Source: an uncultured Porphyromonadaceae bacterium
GTDB lineage: Bacteria > Bacteroidota > Bacteroidia > Bacteroidales > Barnesiellaceae_A
Length of the DNA stretch: 64,000 bases
Assembly: GCA_900538705.1 (NCBI GenBank)
Contig: UPZG01000005.1
Location: forward strand, 39,415-103,414
Direction: 5' to 3'
The translations under genes and the position numbers were made by a program. Positions 1-9,202 of the stretch are shown piece by piece. The notes under the pieces were generated by a model that had not been told where the DNA came from, made no database searches, and saw only the letters and a list, made by a program, of their open reading frames with translations. Within the stretch, counting starts at the first letter, position 1. Each line of letters starts with the position of its first letter.

Positions 1-571
1 TATTGGTTATCTTGTTCACCTCTTCTATGATACCGGTATCGTGCGGAGCTATCACTTGTGCACCATCGCTCCAGTAAGCCTTGTATCCGTTATACTCTTT
101 GGGATTGTGCGAAGCCGTAAGGTTGATACCGGCTTGACAGCCCAACTCGCGAATGGCGAACGATACCTCAGGAGTAGGACGTAAGGCATCGAAAAGGTAT
201 ACCTTGATGCCATTAGCTGAGAATATATCGGCCGAAATCTCGGCAAAACGGCGACTGTTGTTTCGGCAATCGTGTCCTATGGCTACAGAGATAAGTGGAA
301 GTGAAGCGAAATTTTTCTTCAGATAGTTGGCCAATCCCTGTGTTGCAGCACCTACAGTATAGATATTCATTCTGTTAGTACCGGCACCCATGATACCACG
401 TAAACCACCCGTACCAAATTCCAGGTCGCGATAGAAACTCTCTATCAACTCAGTATGGTCGGGATTATCGAGCATTGCCTTTACGGCAGCACGTGTTTCT
501 TCATCATAACCTTCACCAAGCCACACTTGTGCTTTGGCAGTTACTTCTTTCAATAAAGCATCGTTTTCCAT
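1..571 (-). CDS. phosphoglucomutase/phosphomannomutase family protein (alpha-D-phosphohexomutase). Only the N-terminal 190 codons are present; the gene runs off the left edge.
   Basis: My own minus-strand translation from the ATG at 571-569 gives MENDALLKEVTAKAQVWLGEGYDEETRAAVKAMLDNPDHTELIESFYRDLEFGTGGLRG...GINLTASHNPKEYNGYKAYWSDGAQ. It contains the FGTGGLRG motif and the TASHNP phosphoserine loop. The frame stays open to position 1. It is absent from the ORF track because it has no stop in the window. Confidence 0.88.
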   Translation of the reverse strand, partial: MENDALLKEVTAKAQVWLGEGYDEETRAAVKAMLDNPDHTELIESFYRDLEFGTGGLRGIMGAGTNRMNIYTVGAATQGLANYLKKNFASLPLISVAIGHDCRNNSRRFAEISADIFSANGIKVYLFDALRPTPEVSFAIRELGCQAGINLTASHNPKEYNGYKAYWSDGAQVIAPHDTGIIEEVNKITN

Positions 572-751
572 ATTGTATTGTTTAATAAGTTAATCAAATA
601 TGACTGATTACATTTCTAAAAGGTAAGCGCAGAGGCAAATGTTTTTGCTGTTATCTGTCCGAATCTGCCTAACTGCCACTACATCTCACAAATGTAGTGA
701 TAAAAACCGATTAAAAACAAATACAAAGGATTTTTATTACATTCCTTTTTG

Positions 752-2401
752 TCACCTTATATTTATCTCTTTTTGCAAGAATTTGTCGCCGGTTCTCCTG
801 ACAACATCCTCGTAATACTCGCGCGAATAGCCGGGGAAAATTACGCCATCGGGCATACCGTAATCATTGGTACGGAAAGTACCGTCGGGATTCTGAGCCT
901 TGACATTACCATCGAGGAACTTCACCATAAGAAATTCGCCCAACTTTTTCCATCGCGCCGTACTATTCATGGCAGCATCATTGCTATAGCGGGTCAGATA
1001 GGCTACTGCTTCGGCCGGATTTTGGTTATACAGTGCCAGAGCCGTACTATCTACGGCGGCTATACTATTCTCAAAGCCGTTTTCCAACTCCTCCTGCACA
1101 GTTCTTATATCGCCTATCATCTGATTATAGCGTGCATATGCCATATTGGCCACCCAGTTGTGTACCCAGAATGCCGACGTCCACGAGAATTCGTACATAG
1201 AGCCGTTTTCGGGACTGAAACAGAGCGGCACTTCGGTCACACTGCAATACATGGGTACATATACGCATGTGTTGGCATCATCGACACCAAACCATTGTAT
1301 ACCACCTATGGCATCGGGTAAGTTACGGCGCATCTGAGCTACCAAGGTAAAGCCTGTTTGTTGGGTAGCAATGGCACGCTCATTGAGATAGACTTTACCA
1401 TCGACCTCGAACGTCATGGGACGGAAACGATAAGGTGCATAAAACGGTCCACCACCTATGTCATTGTGCATATCATAAGGCGTACCGTCGAAGTGGTCGC
1501 GCATGGCATCTTTCATTTCGCGCAATGTAAGTTTGCGAGAAGGACGTATATAGAGGGGGAACGGGGTTTCGCTTTCGCCCTCGAGATAGCGCAAATATTT
1601 GTCCATGTTGCTGTCATAACGACGGAAGAAGCTCCACACCCGAGCCTCACAACCGCGCAATGCGCCATAGTCGAGCACACCATAAGCCTTAGAGAAGCTG
1701 AAATCTTTGTTGACGCCATTGAAATAGCCCTCCTCACGGGCAAAAGATATGACGTCGGGCGAATAAAGGCAATTTTCAGGGTCGTCGAGGGGGAACTGAT
1801 GAATGCGGGGATGGTTGGCATGTCCCGAAATACAATCATCGGGAATACGGATGGCTACCCATACGGCACCTTTACGACCCGACCCCTTACCTATCATCTC
1901 CATAATCCACGCTTCATTGGGGTCGGCGATGGAGAACGACTCACCACTGCTGTAATAGCCATACTCTTTTACCAGGTCGGTCATCACCTGTATAGCTTCA
2001 CGAGCTGTGCGCGCACGTTCCAGTCCCAGTTGTATAAGCGTACCGTAATCTATGAGACCCAGTGTATCGACCAATTCGGGACGACCGCCCCATGTAGACT
2101 CCACAATAGCCAACTGGTGTTCGTTCATATTACCATTTACGGCATAGGTATGTGGCACTTGCGGAATAGAACCAAGAGGCTTACCGGTATCCCACTCTAC
2201 AATTTGACGCATATCACCGGGTTGCCAGTCGGCAGCAGGCGAAGATGTAAGCGCACCGTATAGCGTATGCGAGTCGGCGGCATAAGTAATCATAACACTG
2301 CCATCGGCCGTAGCGCCGGCTCCGGCAATAAGGCTTGTACATGCCCATGCCCCGGCTGGGAGAAGCATAGCTGCAAACAAAACTGATGTTATCCTCTTCA
2401 T
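752..2401 (-). CDS. C69 family dipeptidase, secreted (Ntn-hydrolase type with Cys nucleophile)
   Basis: 549 aa. The signal peptide MKRITSVLFAAMLLPAGAWA is followed directly by CTSLIAGAGATADGSVMITYAADSH, the typical mature N-terminus of C69 dipeptidases. Confidence 0.85.
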   Translation of the reverse strand: MKRITSVLFAAMLLPAGAWACTSLIAGAGATADGSVMITYAADSHTLYGALTSSPAADWQPGDMRQIVEWDTGKPLGSIPQVPHTYAVNGNMNEHQLAIVESTWGGRPELVDTLGLIDYGTLIQLGLERARTAREAIQVMTDLVKEYGYYSSGESFSIADPNEAWIMEMIGKGSGRKGAVWVAIRIPDDCISGHANHPRIHQFPLDDPENCLYSPDVISFAREEGYFNGVNKDFSFSKAYGVLDYGALRGCEARVWSFFRRYDSNMDKYLRYLEGESETPFPLYIRPSRKLTLREMKDAMRDHFDGTPYDMHNDIGGGPFYAPYRFRPMTFEVDGKVYLNERAIATQQTGFTLVAQMRRNLPDAIGGIQWFGVDDANTCVYVPMYCSVTEVPLCFSPENGSMYEFSWTSAFWVHNWVANMAYARYNQMIGDIRTVQEELENGFENSIAAVDSTALALYNQNPAEAVAYLTRYSNDAAMNSTARWKKLGEFLMVKFLDGNVKAQNPDGTFRTNDYGMPDGVIFPGYSREYYEDVVRRTGDKFLQKEINIR

Positions 2402-2428
2402 AGTTTTCTTAGGTTAAGCATTTTTATT

Positions 2429-4114
2429 TTACCATGTGAAAGTTCGTTTCAAGACCTTACGGTTGCCGCACTCGTCAGCGACGGTCATCACAAGGCGATG
2501 TGAGCCGCCTCGCGTAAGGGGCGTATTCTTCAGGCGGCAGGTAAGGCGACTGCGTTTGGCATCATACTCAAAGAGACAGAACATGCCATCTATCTCGCCC
2601 CTGTACGATGAGATACCGCTGCCGGCATCGGTTATTTTCAGTGATACCGTACCGTTTGTTCCCCATTTGGCCGAATTGAGAGGCGTAATTGTAGGTGGTA
2701 TCGTATCGGCCGCCACAGCATACGTTCCCAAGTCGCGCACACGGGCTACATACCACCCCGCATCATAGCGGCCTACAACGGGCGACTTGCGGCCGTTGCG
2801 TATATACACCATATAGTAGCAACTGTCGGGCAGCGTGTCGCAAGTAAGTTTCAGTGCCAGTTCACCCCACGTATGCAGGGGTACTGTCGGCTTGAGTACC
2901 TTGTGTAATGCCGAGTAGTAGCGGCTGCTCTCCTCGGCGCTATGGGTAAAAGTGACATCTTCATATAAAGCGCCTTCGGGCAGGGAGAAGCGCATATCGT
3001 CTGTTTCGTAACTATTGGCTCGGTCATAGGCAAAGAGCTCACCCGTTGCAGTACGACGTACCGTTTCGCCGGGCGTACCTTTTATGGTGAAACGCACTGT
3101 CGAACGGTTGCCATAGTAGTCGGTCAACTCGAAACGCCCCCGATAGGTGCGTGCCTCATCTACAACAAAAATGCCGCGGTTAGATACATCGCCATATACC
3201 GTAGAAAGGTGATTTCCGGGTGCTATGTAGGTGCGCATGATAGTCGAGCCATTGTTGCTGCGCAGCTCATCATAATCGATAAGGGCATTTACATAACGTG
3301 TCTCGGCAAACGTGATGCTGTCTACCAGCGACTCATAGAGCAGCGAGTCGTCAATCCAGCATTTCACCGAGCGCACGCCGTAGATATTGGATGTACCGCT
3401 CATGCGGTCGTAGGCCTTTATACCCACCGACACTTCGCCCCAAGCCGTAAATGCAGCGGTTGTATATACATTGCCTCCCTGCGCCTGCAACGACCGCACC
3501 GCCTTGCGATGCTTGCCGTCCACCACGCCATCATGGGGATAGAGCGCCAACTGCCGCGGCTCAGGGGCTATGTTGTCTTTTATCTTGCGGGCAAACCACG
3601 GCAGAGGGTCGAGGGGCGACTCGCTCTCGGTGTGACGCACCTCGAAGTGCAGGTGCGGACCACCCGACGAACCGGTATTGCCACTCGTAGCCACGCGCAT
3701 ACCGCGGTCAACAAGTATTGTACCGGGAGGCAACATGGTATCAATGGCAAAGCTCTCGCGTTCGTATTGCATTTGCCGCACACGGTCGGCAATGAAAGGA
3801 GCGAACGACAACAAATGCCCGTAGACCGTCGTGTAACCCGACGGATGTGTTATATACAGAGCATTACCGTATCCCCACGGCGAGACGGCAATACGCGACA
3901 CATAGCCGCTGTCGGCCGCAAAAACCGGCAGGCCGGTACGTCCCTGCGTCTTGAAGTCGAGTCCCGAATGGAAATGATTGGGACGCAATTCGCCGAAATT
4001 GGCACTCAGCACCAGCGGAATATTCAGCGGCGAAACGAATGTCACATCAGGACGATAAGCCCACGCAGCCACGACTGTGGCCAACAAATATAGCGATAGT
4101 ACGATTTTCTTCAT
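2429..4114 (-). CDS. M23 family metallopeptidase (LytM/lysostaphin-type peptidoglycan endopeptidase) with a long C-terminal extension
   Basis: Contains the HFHSGLDF and GNTGSSGGPHLHFEV zinc-ligand motifs. I chose the ATG at 4114 (MKKIVLSLYLLATVVAAWA signal peptide). The ORF-track start at 4147 lies inside the promoter/repeat region. Confidence 0.85.
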   Translation of the reverse strand: MKKIVLSLYLLATVVAAWAYRPDVTFVSPLNIPLVLSANFGELRPNHFHSGLDFKTQGRTGLPVFAADSGYVSRIAVSPWGYGNALYITHPSGYTTVYGHLLSFAPFIADRVRQMQYERESFAIDTMLPPGTILVDRGMRVATSGNTGSSGGPHLHFEVRHTESESPLDPLPWFARKIKDNIAPEPRQLALYPHDGVVDGKHRKAVRSLQAQGGNVYTTAAFTAWGEVSVGIKAYDRMSGTSNIYGVRSVKCWIDDSLLYESLVDSITFAETRYVNALIDYDELRSNNGSTIMRTYIAPGNHLSTVYGDVSNRGIFVVDEARTYRGRFELTDYYGNRSTVRFTIKGTPGETVRRTATGELFAYDRANSYETDDMRFSLPEGALYEDVTFTHSAEESSRYYSALHKVLKPTVPLHTWGELALKLTCDTLPDSCYYMVYIRNGRKSPVVGRYDAGWYVARVRDLGTYAVAADTIPPTITPLNSAKWGTNGTVSLKITDAGSGISSYRGEIDGMFCLFEYDAKRSRLTCRLKNTPLTRGGSHRLVMTVADECGNRKVLKRTFTW

Positions 4115-4122
4115 GTAGTTGG

Positions 4123-4130
4123 CAAAGATA
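4123..4130 (-). promoter_or_regulatory. Bacteroidetes-type -7 promoter box TATCTTTG for the M23 peptidase gene
   Basis: The minus strand reads TATCTTTG, matching TAnnTTTG, and ends 8 nt before the ATG at 4114. The same box recurs in repeat copies at 4206-4213 and 4289-4296. Confidence 0.45.
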
Positions 4131-4315
4131 GTGCAAGGCGAGCACAATAAAAAGCGAAAGACAAAGTTTTTCGCTTTTCATAGCCGAGCCGAAGCCTATG
4201 TTATGTAAAGATAGTGCAAGGCGAGCACAATAAAAAGCGAAAGACAAAGTTTTTCGCTTTTCATAGTCGAGCCGAAGCCTATCTTATGCAAAGATAGTAC
4301 AAGGCGAGCACAATA
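4124..4315. repeat. 83-bp tandem repeat, 2 full copies plus a 26-nt partial third copy
   Basis: Copies start at 4124, 4207 and 4290. Copies 1 and 2 differ at 3 of 83 positions, and the partial copy 3 at 1 of 26. Each full unit holds a perfect 10-bp inverted repeat, AAAAGCGAAA (4150-4159) and TTTCGCTTTT (4169-4178) in copy 1, with a 9-nt loop and a T-run on the minus strand. Each unit also contains a TAnnTTTG box. Confidence 0.95.
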
Positions 4316-4471
4316 TATCCCCTATCCTACAACAGCATGCCACATATCTACCCCGGCAAGCCACTATAAAAAAGCCTCGCGGAGACCATGTTCCGCGAGG
4401 CAAGAGTACGATGGCGACAATCCGTCGTTATTTCTGTCACTATAAAAGCAATGACCGATTACACACCTCCA

Positions 4472-6757
4472 TTACCGGATAGCCACTTTATCTACCAGCA
4501 CACTATTGTTACAGAGGACACGCACCACATACACACCATCGAGGCCGGCTACCGAGAGTTGTTGCACAGCCGTAGCACGTTTCACCTCCCGTCCTGCAAG
4601 GTCATACAGCGCCACTTCATCGGCAACATCGCTCAGATACAACACATCGCCTGCCACATACACGCGGTTTTCGCGAGCATTCACGCGGTCTACTGCCGAC
4701 ACATCGTTTATCTTGAAAGCCGGCGATATAACCTGCAACTGCTTGTTTCCCGTCGGGTCGGTAAGCTCTACCTTCAAATCGTACCACAGCGTTTCGCTCT
4801 CGACATTCACGACATCCAAGGCACCACGATAGAAATAGCCGAAGGCCGGATAACGATACAAATCGGGAATCTCTTCTACGGGCAATACCTGCCAAGACTC
4901 GGTTCCATACGGAGCATAGCTCACGGCTACCGTCATTTCCTTACAATCGAAGTAACCACTATAATATTCGCTATAATAGTTATAATTAAAGTCACCACCG
5001 GCAAACTCCAATACGCCATCGGCCGGTCGCTCAAAGCGGTCGGTGACACGACCGTCGGTATTGCAGAACTGCAACATCTGTAAAGTAGGAGCTGTACAGT
5101 CTTCTTTCGTGGCATCGTAATTTACCTGCAAGAAACTCTTTCCTTGCAAACCATCCACCTCGACATTCTCATTCAGCAACGTCAACTCATACTCACCCTT
5201 GGGTTGCTCCCATATATAGGGGAACATAAACTCCAAATACTCTACCGTACTGTCGCAAACCGTTTCGCCGTTATATTTCAGGCATACATCGGTATAAATA
5301 TCACTTGCCTCCAATACTTCTCCATAACGCCCCAACCAACAGGGAGAAAGCAACGACATATCTCTTTGCATCCTGTCATTATAGTAATTCTGAGCCATAA
5401 AGGCATTGATGGGGGCACACTCGCCCAGTACAATGGGATGGGCCGGGTCTAAATAATAGCTGAACGCAGGATGCCCGGGATATTCCAACATAGGTGCATC
5501 CTCGAACAGCCACTCGGGAAATGTCTGGAAGCCATAATTGCCATATATATCATGTCCCTTATTGACATACTCAAACGCCTGCTTGTCGGCATGCCATACT
5601 ACCGGATTGCCTATAATACCCTGCTCGTTCATCTCCTCTATTTTGGAGTGCACCATTACGTCCAACGCGTTTTCATCGGCCGCATCGGAGAACGGAGCAT
5701 CTATATAGATACAGACAGGCTCCTCTCTCTTAATCTTGTAATTACTTGAAAATCCGCCCCAACCACCTTGCATTTCACCTTGGAAGATTTCTATTGTATT
5801 AAATCCTATACTGAACTCGGCACTATCTTTTACAGCCGGAGTAGGCGTAAAATATTGCTCATACAACTTATAATCAGCCGGATTGTTATTCAACTCCTCT
5901 GCACCGGTACCATCAGTGGCATATTTGATTACATAAAACGCATTATCTTTTGCTGCTACGACACGTATTTGTGCCAGCGTATAACGGTCGCTCAAATCGG
6001 AGACATAAAAATCGAAACTTCGTTCCCAGTTTCCCCAATCCACACCGTCTGTTATCCAGTGGGCATTAGTATTACCAGTAAATGACTCTATTATTCCTAC
6101 ACCCTTCAATATTATATACCGATGAAAGAGTATTTCATCATAATTTCCTCCTTCTATCACTGTTGGAATATAGTCGGGCGCATTCTGAGCCATTACATCA
6201 GGGACAAAAAGTTCTCCCTCGGCATTATACGTATTTATAACAATATGATTGTTCGCTTCGGCAAAATCTATCGGCAAAGACTTATCTGAGGTAATATCTA
6301 CCAGCTCTTTTATCACCGTAACAAGCCCATCAGCATTCCCGGATATTTCATTTACGTTCCACATACTAATCAATACATCATACGTACCCGGAGCTATGGG
6401 AACAGGAATATTATTCAAATCGACCTCACCACGAGGAGTTGCGTTTATAAATGTATCAGTATTATAAATAGTTATACCTGAAAGATTATAATTATCAGGG
6501 CATTCAATAGAGAGTGTCAGCGTCACATCGCCCTCTTGCGCCACCTGTGCTACGTTCTTACGGGGAACATATTGCACCATATTATCAGCAACCTGCTTCT
6601 TCTCGTATCCCGATAACGACGTACCAAAATCGAACTTATAGGTACTGCCTCTACTATTGAAGTCGGGAGTGAAACACTCTGTTATTATCGGTTGCACTGC
6701 CAAAGCTCCCATCGTGCCGGCCAACCATAAAGCGACAGATAAATAAATGTTTTTCAT
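4472..6757 (-). CDS. secreted protein of unknown function with a T9SS C-terminal sorting domain
   Basis: 761 aa. The signal peptide is MKNIYLSVALWLAGTMGALA. The last ~70 aa (...VYVAGDVLYLSDVADEVALYDLAGREVKRATAVQQLSVAGLDGVYVVRVLCNNSVLVDKVAIR) look like a type A Por/T9SS CTD. I recognise no catalytic motif. Confidence 0.8.
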   Translation of the reverse strand: MKNIYLSVALWLAGTMGALAVQPIITECFTPDFNSRGSTYKFDFGTSLSGYEKKQVADNMVQYVPRKNVAQVAQEGDVTLTLSIECPDNYNLSGITIYNTDTFINATPRGEVDLNNIPVPIAPGTYDVLISMWNVNEISGNADGLVTVIKELVDITSDKSLPIDFAEANNHIVINTYNAEGELFVPDVMAQNAPDYIPTVIEGGNYDEILFHRYIILKGVGIIESFTGNTNAHWITDGVDWGNWERSFDFYVSDLSDRYTLAQIRVVAAKDNAFYVIKYATDGTGAEELNNNPADYKLYEQYFTPTPAVKDSAEFSIGFNTIEIFQGEMQGGWGGFSSNYKIKREEPVCIYIDAPFSDAADENALDVMVHSKIEEMNEQGIIGNPVVWHADKQAFEYVNKGHDIYGNYGFQTFPEWLFEDAPMLEYPGHPAFSYYLDPAHPIVLGECAPINAFMAQNYYNDRMQRDMSLLSPCWLGRYGEVLEASDIYTDVCLKYNGETVCDSTVEYLEFMFPYIWEQPKGEYELTLLNENVEVDGLQGKSFLQVNYDATKEDCTAPTLQMLQFCNTDGRVTDRFERPADGVLEFAGGDFNYNYYSEYYSGYFDCKEMTVAVSYAPYGTESWQVLPVEEIPDLYRYPAFGYFYRGALDVVNVESETLWYDLKVELTDPTGNKQLQVISPAFKINDVSAVDRVNARENRVYVAGDVLYLSDVADEVALYDLAGREVKRATAVQQLSVAGLDGVYVVRVLCNNSVLVDKVAIR

Positions 6758-6784
6758 AAGCGTTATTATTAGTGGTTAGTACCG

Positions 6785-6792
6785 CAAATATA
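6785..6792 (-). promoter_or_regulatory. -7 promoter box TATATTTG for the T9SS cargo gene
   Basis: Minus-strand TAnnTTTG match, 27 nt upstream of the ATG at 6757. Confidence 0.45.
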
Positions 6793-6911
6793 GGGGGTAC
6801 AAAGCAAGTGTACATAATAAAACCGGGTGACAAGTGGGGGACACAAGACAAATATCAATCATGAAATGGTGAATTGTATACTTAAACGAAGAGAAGGAAG
6901 TCATTTTTCTT

Positions 6912-6919
6912 TACATTTG
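6912..6919 (+). promoter_or_regulatory. -7 promoter box TACATTTG for the TPR/LuxR regulator gene, in a geometry that predicts a leaderless transcript
   Basis: TAnnTTTG match ending 4 nt before the ATG at 6924. Confidence 0.4.
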
Positions 6920-6923
6920 CAAC

Positions 6924-8648
6924 ATGAACCGATATTCTATTTCCCTTCTATTATTATTTGGTGTTCTTTCTGTTATAAACGCAACAGCTCACACCAAATG
7001 GAAACCGGTGGAGCAACAGCACGATTCGCTGGTACAACTCATGGACATGCCGGGTGACAAGGCAAGCAAAGCACATATCATAAGCGAGATGTACGATGTG
7101 TGCCGTCGACATCCCGACCTGCAGGCCCTGACATGGCGCACACTCTACTTCGATGCGCTATGTAACCCCGACACCGCTATCCGCGCCAAATTGCTACAAG
7201 CTGCCGCAGCGATGACAGACTCCAACCGATATCGCTACGATTACATGCGAATAAAACTGCTTGGGAAACCCTATATCACACAAAATTGTGTGGAAACATA
7301 TAAAATCATTAAAGAGTGCCACCGCTATTTCTGCAAGATAAACGACTCGCTCTACATGGGCAATACGTATGTAGATTTAGGCTATATCTTTATGCTCTTG
7401 GACGAGCCAAAGAAAGCACAGACTGCATATAGTGCTGCCGACACGATATATCGCCGCATAGGACGCAAAGACTACGCCCTGCGCAACGGGCTGAACCTCG
7501 CCAACTTGTATCAACGCATGAATGAAAATGAGAAATCGGTAAATCTTTTGCGAAAAATCATCCACGACAAATCGATACAAACCGATACTTCGTTTGTCAT
7601 AAATGTTCTGCTATCGCTATACGAGTGCAGCGACTCAGTAGTGGAGCGCGACAGCACATCGCTGCAGGCCAAAAACCTGGCCGGCATATACGGAAGTAAT
7701 AGACTAATACTGAAAAGCTACATAAACCGCGGTGCATATCATCTATCTTATGGCGACAAAGACAGCGCACGATATTACTACCACAATGCTTTCGACAACT
7801 ATACTTATGCCAAGAACGACTACCCTACCTTAGATGAGTGCCTCTCAGGACTGACGCAACTGTATGACATCACAGGGCAAACAGACAGCGCCTATTTATA
7901 TCAGAGCAAGCTGCTGGCACTGCGAGACTCTATAAGCCGCGCAAACGAATTGCAAAAGATACTACGCCTGGAGATGGGTCATGAAATAGAGAAATACGAA
8001 ATGGAACTGAGAAATGCCGAGCAACGTAACCGCACAAAACGACTTGTCACGGCAGGAATTCTTATCATAGCGCTCTGCCTGTCGACTACGGTATGCTACA
8101 TATTATATAACCAACGTCGCAAAGAGCGGTTGGCAAAGCAGCTGAAAGAGAGTGAAAACAAGGAGCTTGCCACCCGGCTGGAAAACGAGGCACTGCAAAA
8201 CGAACGGTTCCAAGCCGAGATAGAGTCGCAGAACCGCGAATTGGCATCGAATGCCCTGGTGATGAACGAGAAGAAACAGGCGCTGCACGAAATGGCAAAC
8301 GTTGTGGAAAAGCAATGTACCGATGGCAACATCAGCAAACAGGCGGCTACAGAATTGCAACAGAAAATAAAACTACACATAGGACAAAACAACGAATGGG
8401 AATACTTTCGCATCTGTTTCGAGAAGGTACACCCCTCGTTTTTCGTGCGGATGAAAGAGCTTTTTCCCAACATCTCGGAAACCGACCTGCGGCTATGTGC
8501 CTACATTCGCACCGGCATGGGCAACAAGCAAATAGCTACCATGCTGGCCTTGCAACCCGACAGCATAAAGAAGTCGCGCCACCGCCTGCGCAAAAAATTA
8601 GGGCTATCGATAGAGACATCGATAGAAGATTTTTTACGGTCGATATAG
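6924..8648 (+). CDS. membrane-spanning one-component regulator: N-terminal signal/anchor, TPR-like sensor region, TM helix, coiled coil, C-terminal LuxR-type HTH
   Basis: 574 aa. The TM segment is LVTAGILIIALCLSTTVCYILY, followed by a heptad-rich segment. The C-terminus TDLRLCAYIRTGMGNKQIATMLALQPDSIKKSRHRLRKKLGL is a LuxR/GerE HTH. Confidence 0.8.
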   Translation: MNRYSISLLLLFGVLSVINATAHTKWKPVEQQHDSLVQLMDMPGDKASKAHIISEMYDVCRRHPDLQALTWRTLYFDALCNPDTAIRAKLLQAAAAMTDSNRYRYDYMRIKLLGKPYITQNCVETYKIIKECHRYFCKINDSLYMGNTYVDLGYIFMLLDEPKKAQTAYSAADTIYRRIGRKDYALRNGLNLANLYQRMNENEKSVNLLRKIIHDKSIQTDTSFVINVLLSLYECSDSVVERDSTSLQAKNLAGIYGSNRLILKSYINRGAYHLSYGDKDSARYYYHNAFDNYTYAKNDYPTLDECLSGLTQLYDITGQTDSAYLYQSKLLALRDSISRANELQKILRLEMGHEIEKYEMELRNAEQRNRTKRLVTAGILIIALCLSTTVCYILYNQRRKERLAKQLKESENKELATRLENEALQNERFQAEIESQNRELASNALVMNEKKQALHEMANVVEKQCTDGNISKQAATELQQKIKLHIGQNNEWEYFRICFEKVHPSFFVRMKELFPNISETDLRLCAYIRTGMGNKQIATMLALQPDSIKKSRHRLRKKLGLSIETSIEDFLRSI

Positions 8649-8659
8649 TCCCCTCTCTC

Positions 8660-9202
8660 CTACTCGGGGCGAACGAAAAAGGAGAAATTGACACTACCGT
8701 ATGCACGATGCTCTACAAAAAACGGATGCGAAGAGAAATCGTTGGCACGCGAATGCTCCAATACAAAAAGGCCACCGGGACGGAGAATGGTTGCCTCATC
8801 GAGCACCTTGGCAGGTATGGAGGGAAGCTGTGGAAGGTCGTAAGGAGGGTCGGCAAAGATAAAATCGAATTCCTCGCGACACGCAGCCACAAAACGGAAT
8901 ACGTCACCTCGCACGGGCATGAGGTTGTCGTCGGCCAACTCTTTCTGCACTTTGAGGATAAAATTATATTGCACAGGGTGTTTTTCTACGCACACCACTC
9001 GGCTGCAACCGCGCGACAGCAACTCGAAACTGACGGCTCCCGTACCGGCAAAGAGGTCGAGTGCCGAGAGCCCCTCGAAATCGAGACGATTCTCGAGTAC
9101 ATTGAACAAATTCTCGCGTGCAAAGTCGGTCGTGGGACGTGCCTTGATATTGGTAGGGACATCGAAACGGCGACGCCCGTATTTTCCTCTTATAATTCGC
9201 AT
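8660..9202 (-). CDS. rsmD: 16S rRNA (guanine966-N2)-methyltransferase RsmD
   Basis: 180 aa. MRIIRGKYGRRRFDVPTNIKARPTTDFARENLFNVL...LDLFAGTGAVSFELLSRG...FADPPY carries the SAM-binding motif and the DPPY motif typical of RsmD. Confidence 0.88.
   Translation of the reverse strand: MRIIRGKYGRRRFDVPTNIKARPTTDFARENLFNVLENRLDFEGLSALDLFAGTGAVSFELLSRGCSRVVCVEKHPVQYNFILKVQKELADDNLMPVRGDVFRFVAACREEFDFIFADPPYDLPQLPSIPAKVLDEATILRPGGLFVLEHSRANDFSSHPFFVEHRAYGSVNFSFFVRPE

Noticed and set aside
1358-2263. Long antisense ORFs inside well-supported genes. Examples are 1358-2263 (+), 3209-4093 (+), 13416-14294 (+), 15498-16025 (+), 20992-21777 (+), 40894-41601 (+), 50809-51573 (+), 56369-57052 (+) and 59309-59914 (+).
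   Set aside because: Each lies entirely opposite a CDS with unmistakable family motifs (C69, M23, enolase, MFS, M13, iPGM, PFP, WecA, Fcl). Their translations are low-complexity or Arg/His/Cys-rich with no motifs. They are typical shadow ORFs.
4047-4247. A 66-aa minus-strand ORF across the 83-bp repeats that encodes a repeated signal-peptide-like MKSEKLCLSLFIVLAL.
   Set aside because: The hydrophobic reading is generated by the hairpin arms and T/A runs of the repeat. The ORF overlaps the real M23 start and has no independent support. I kept it only as a side note in the repeat finding.
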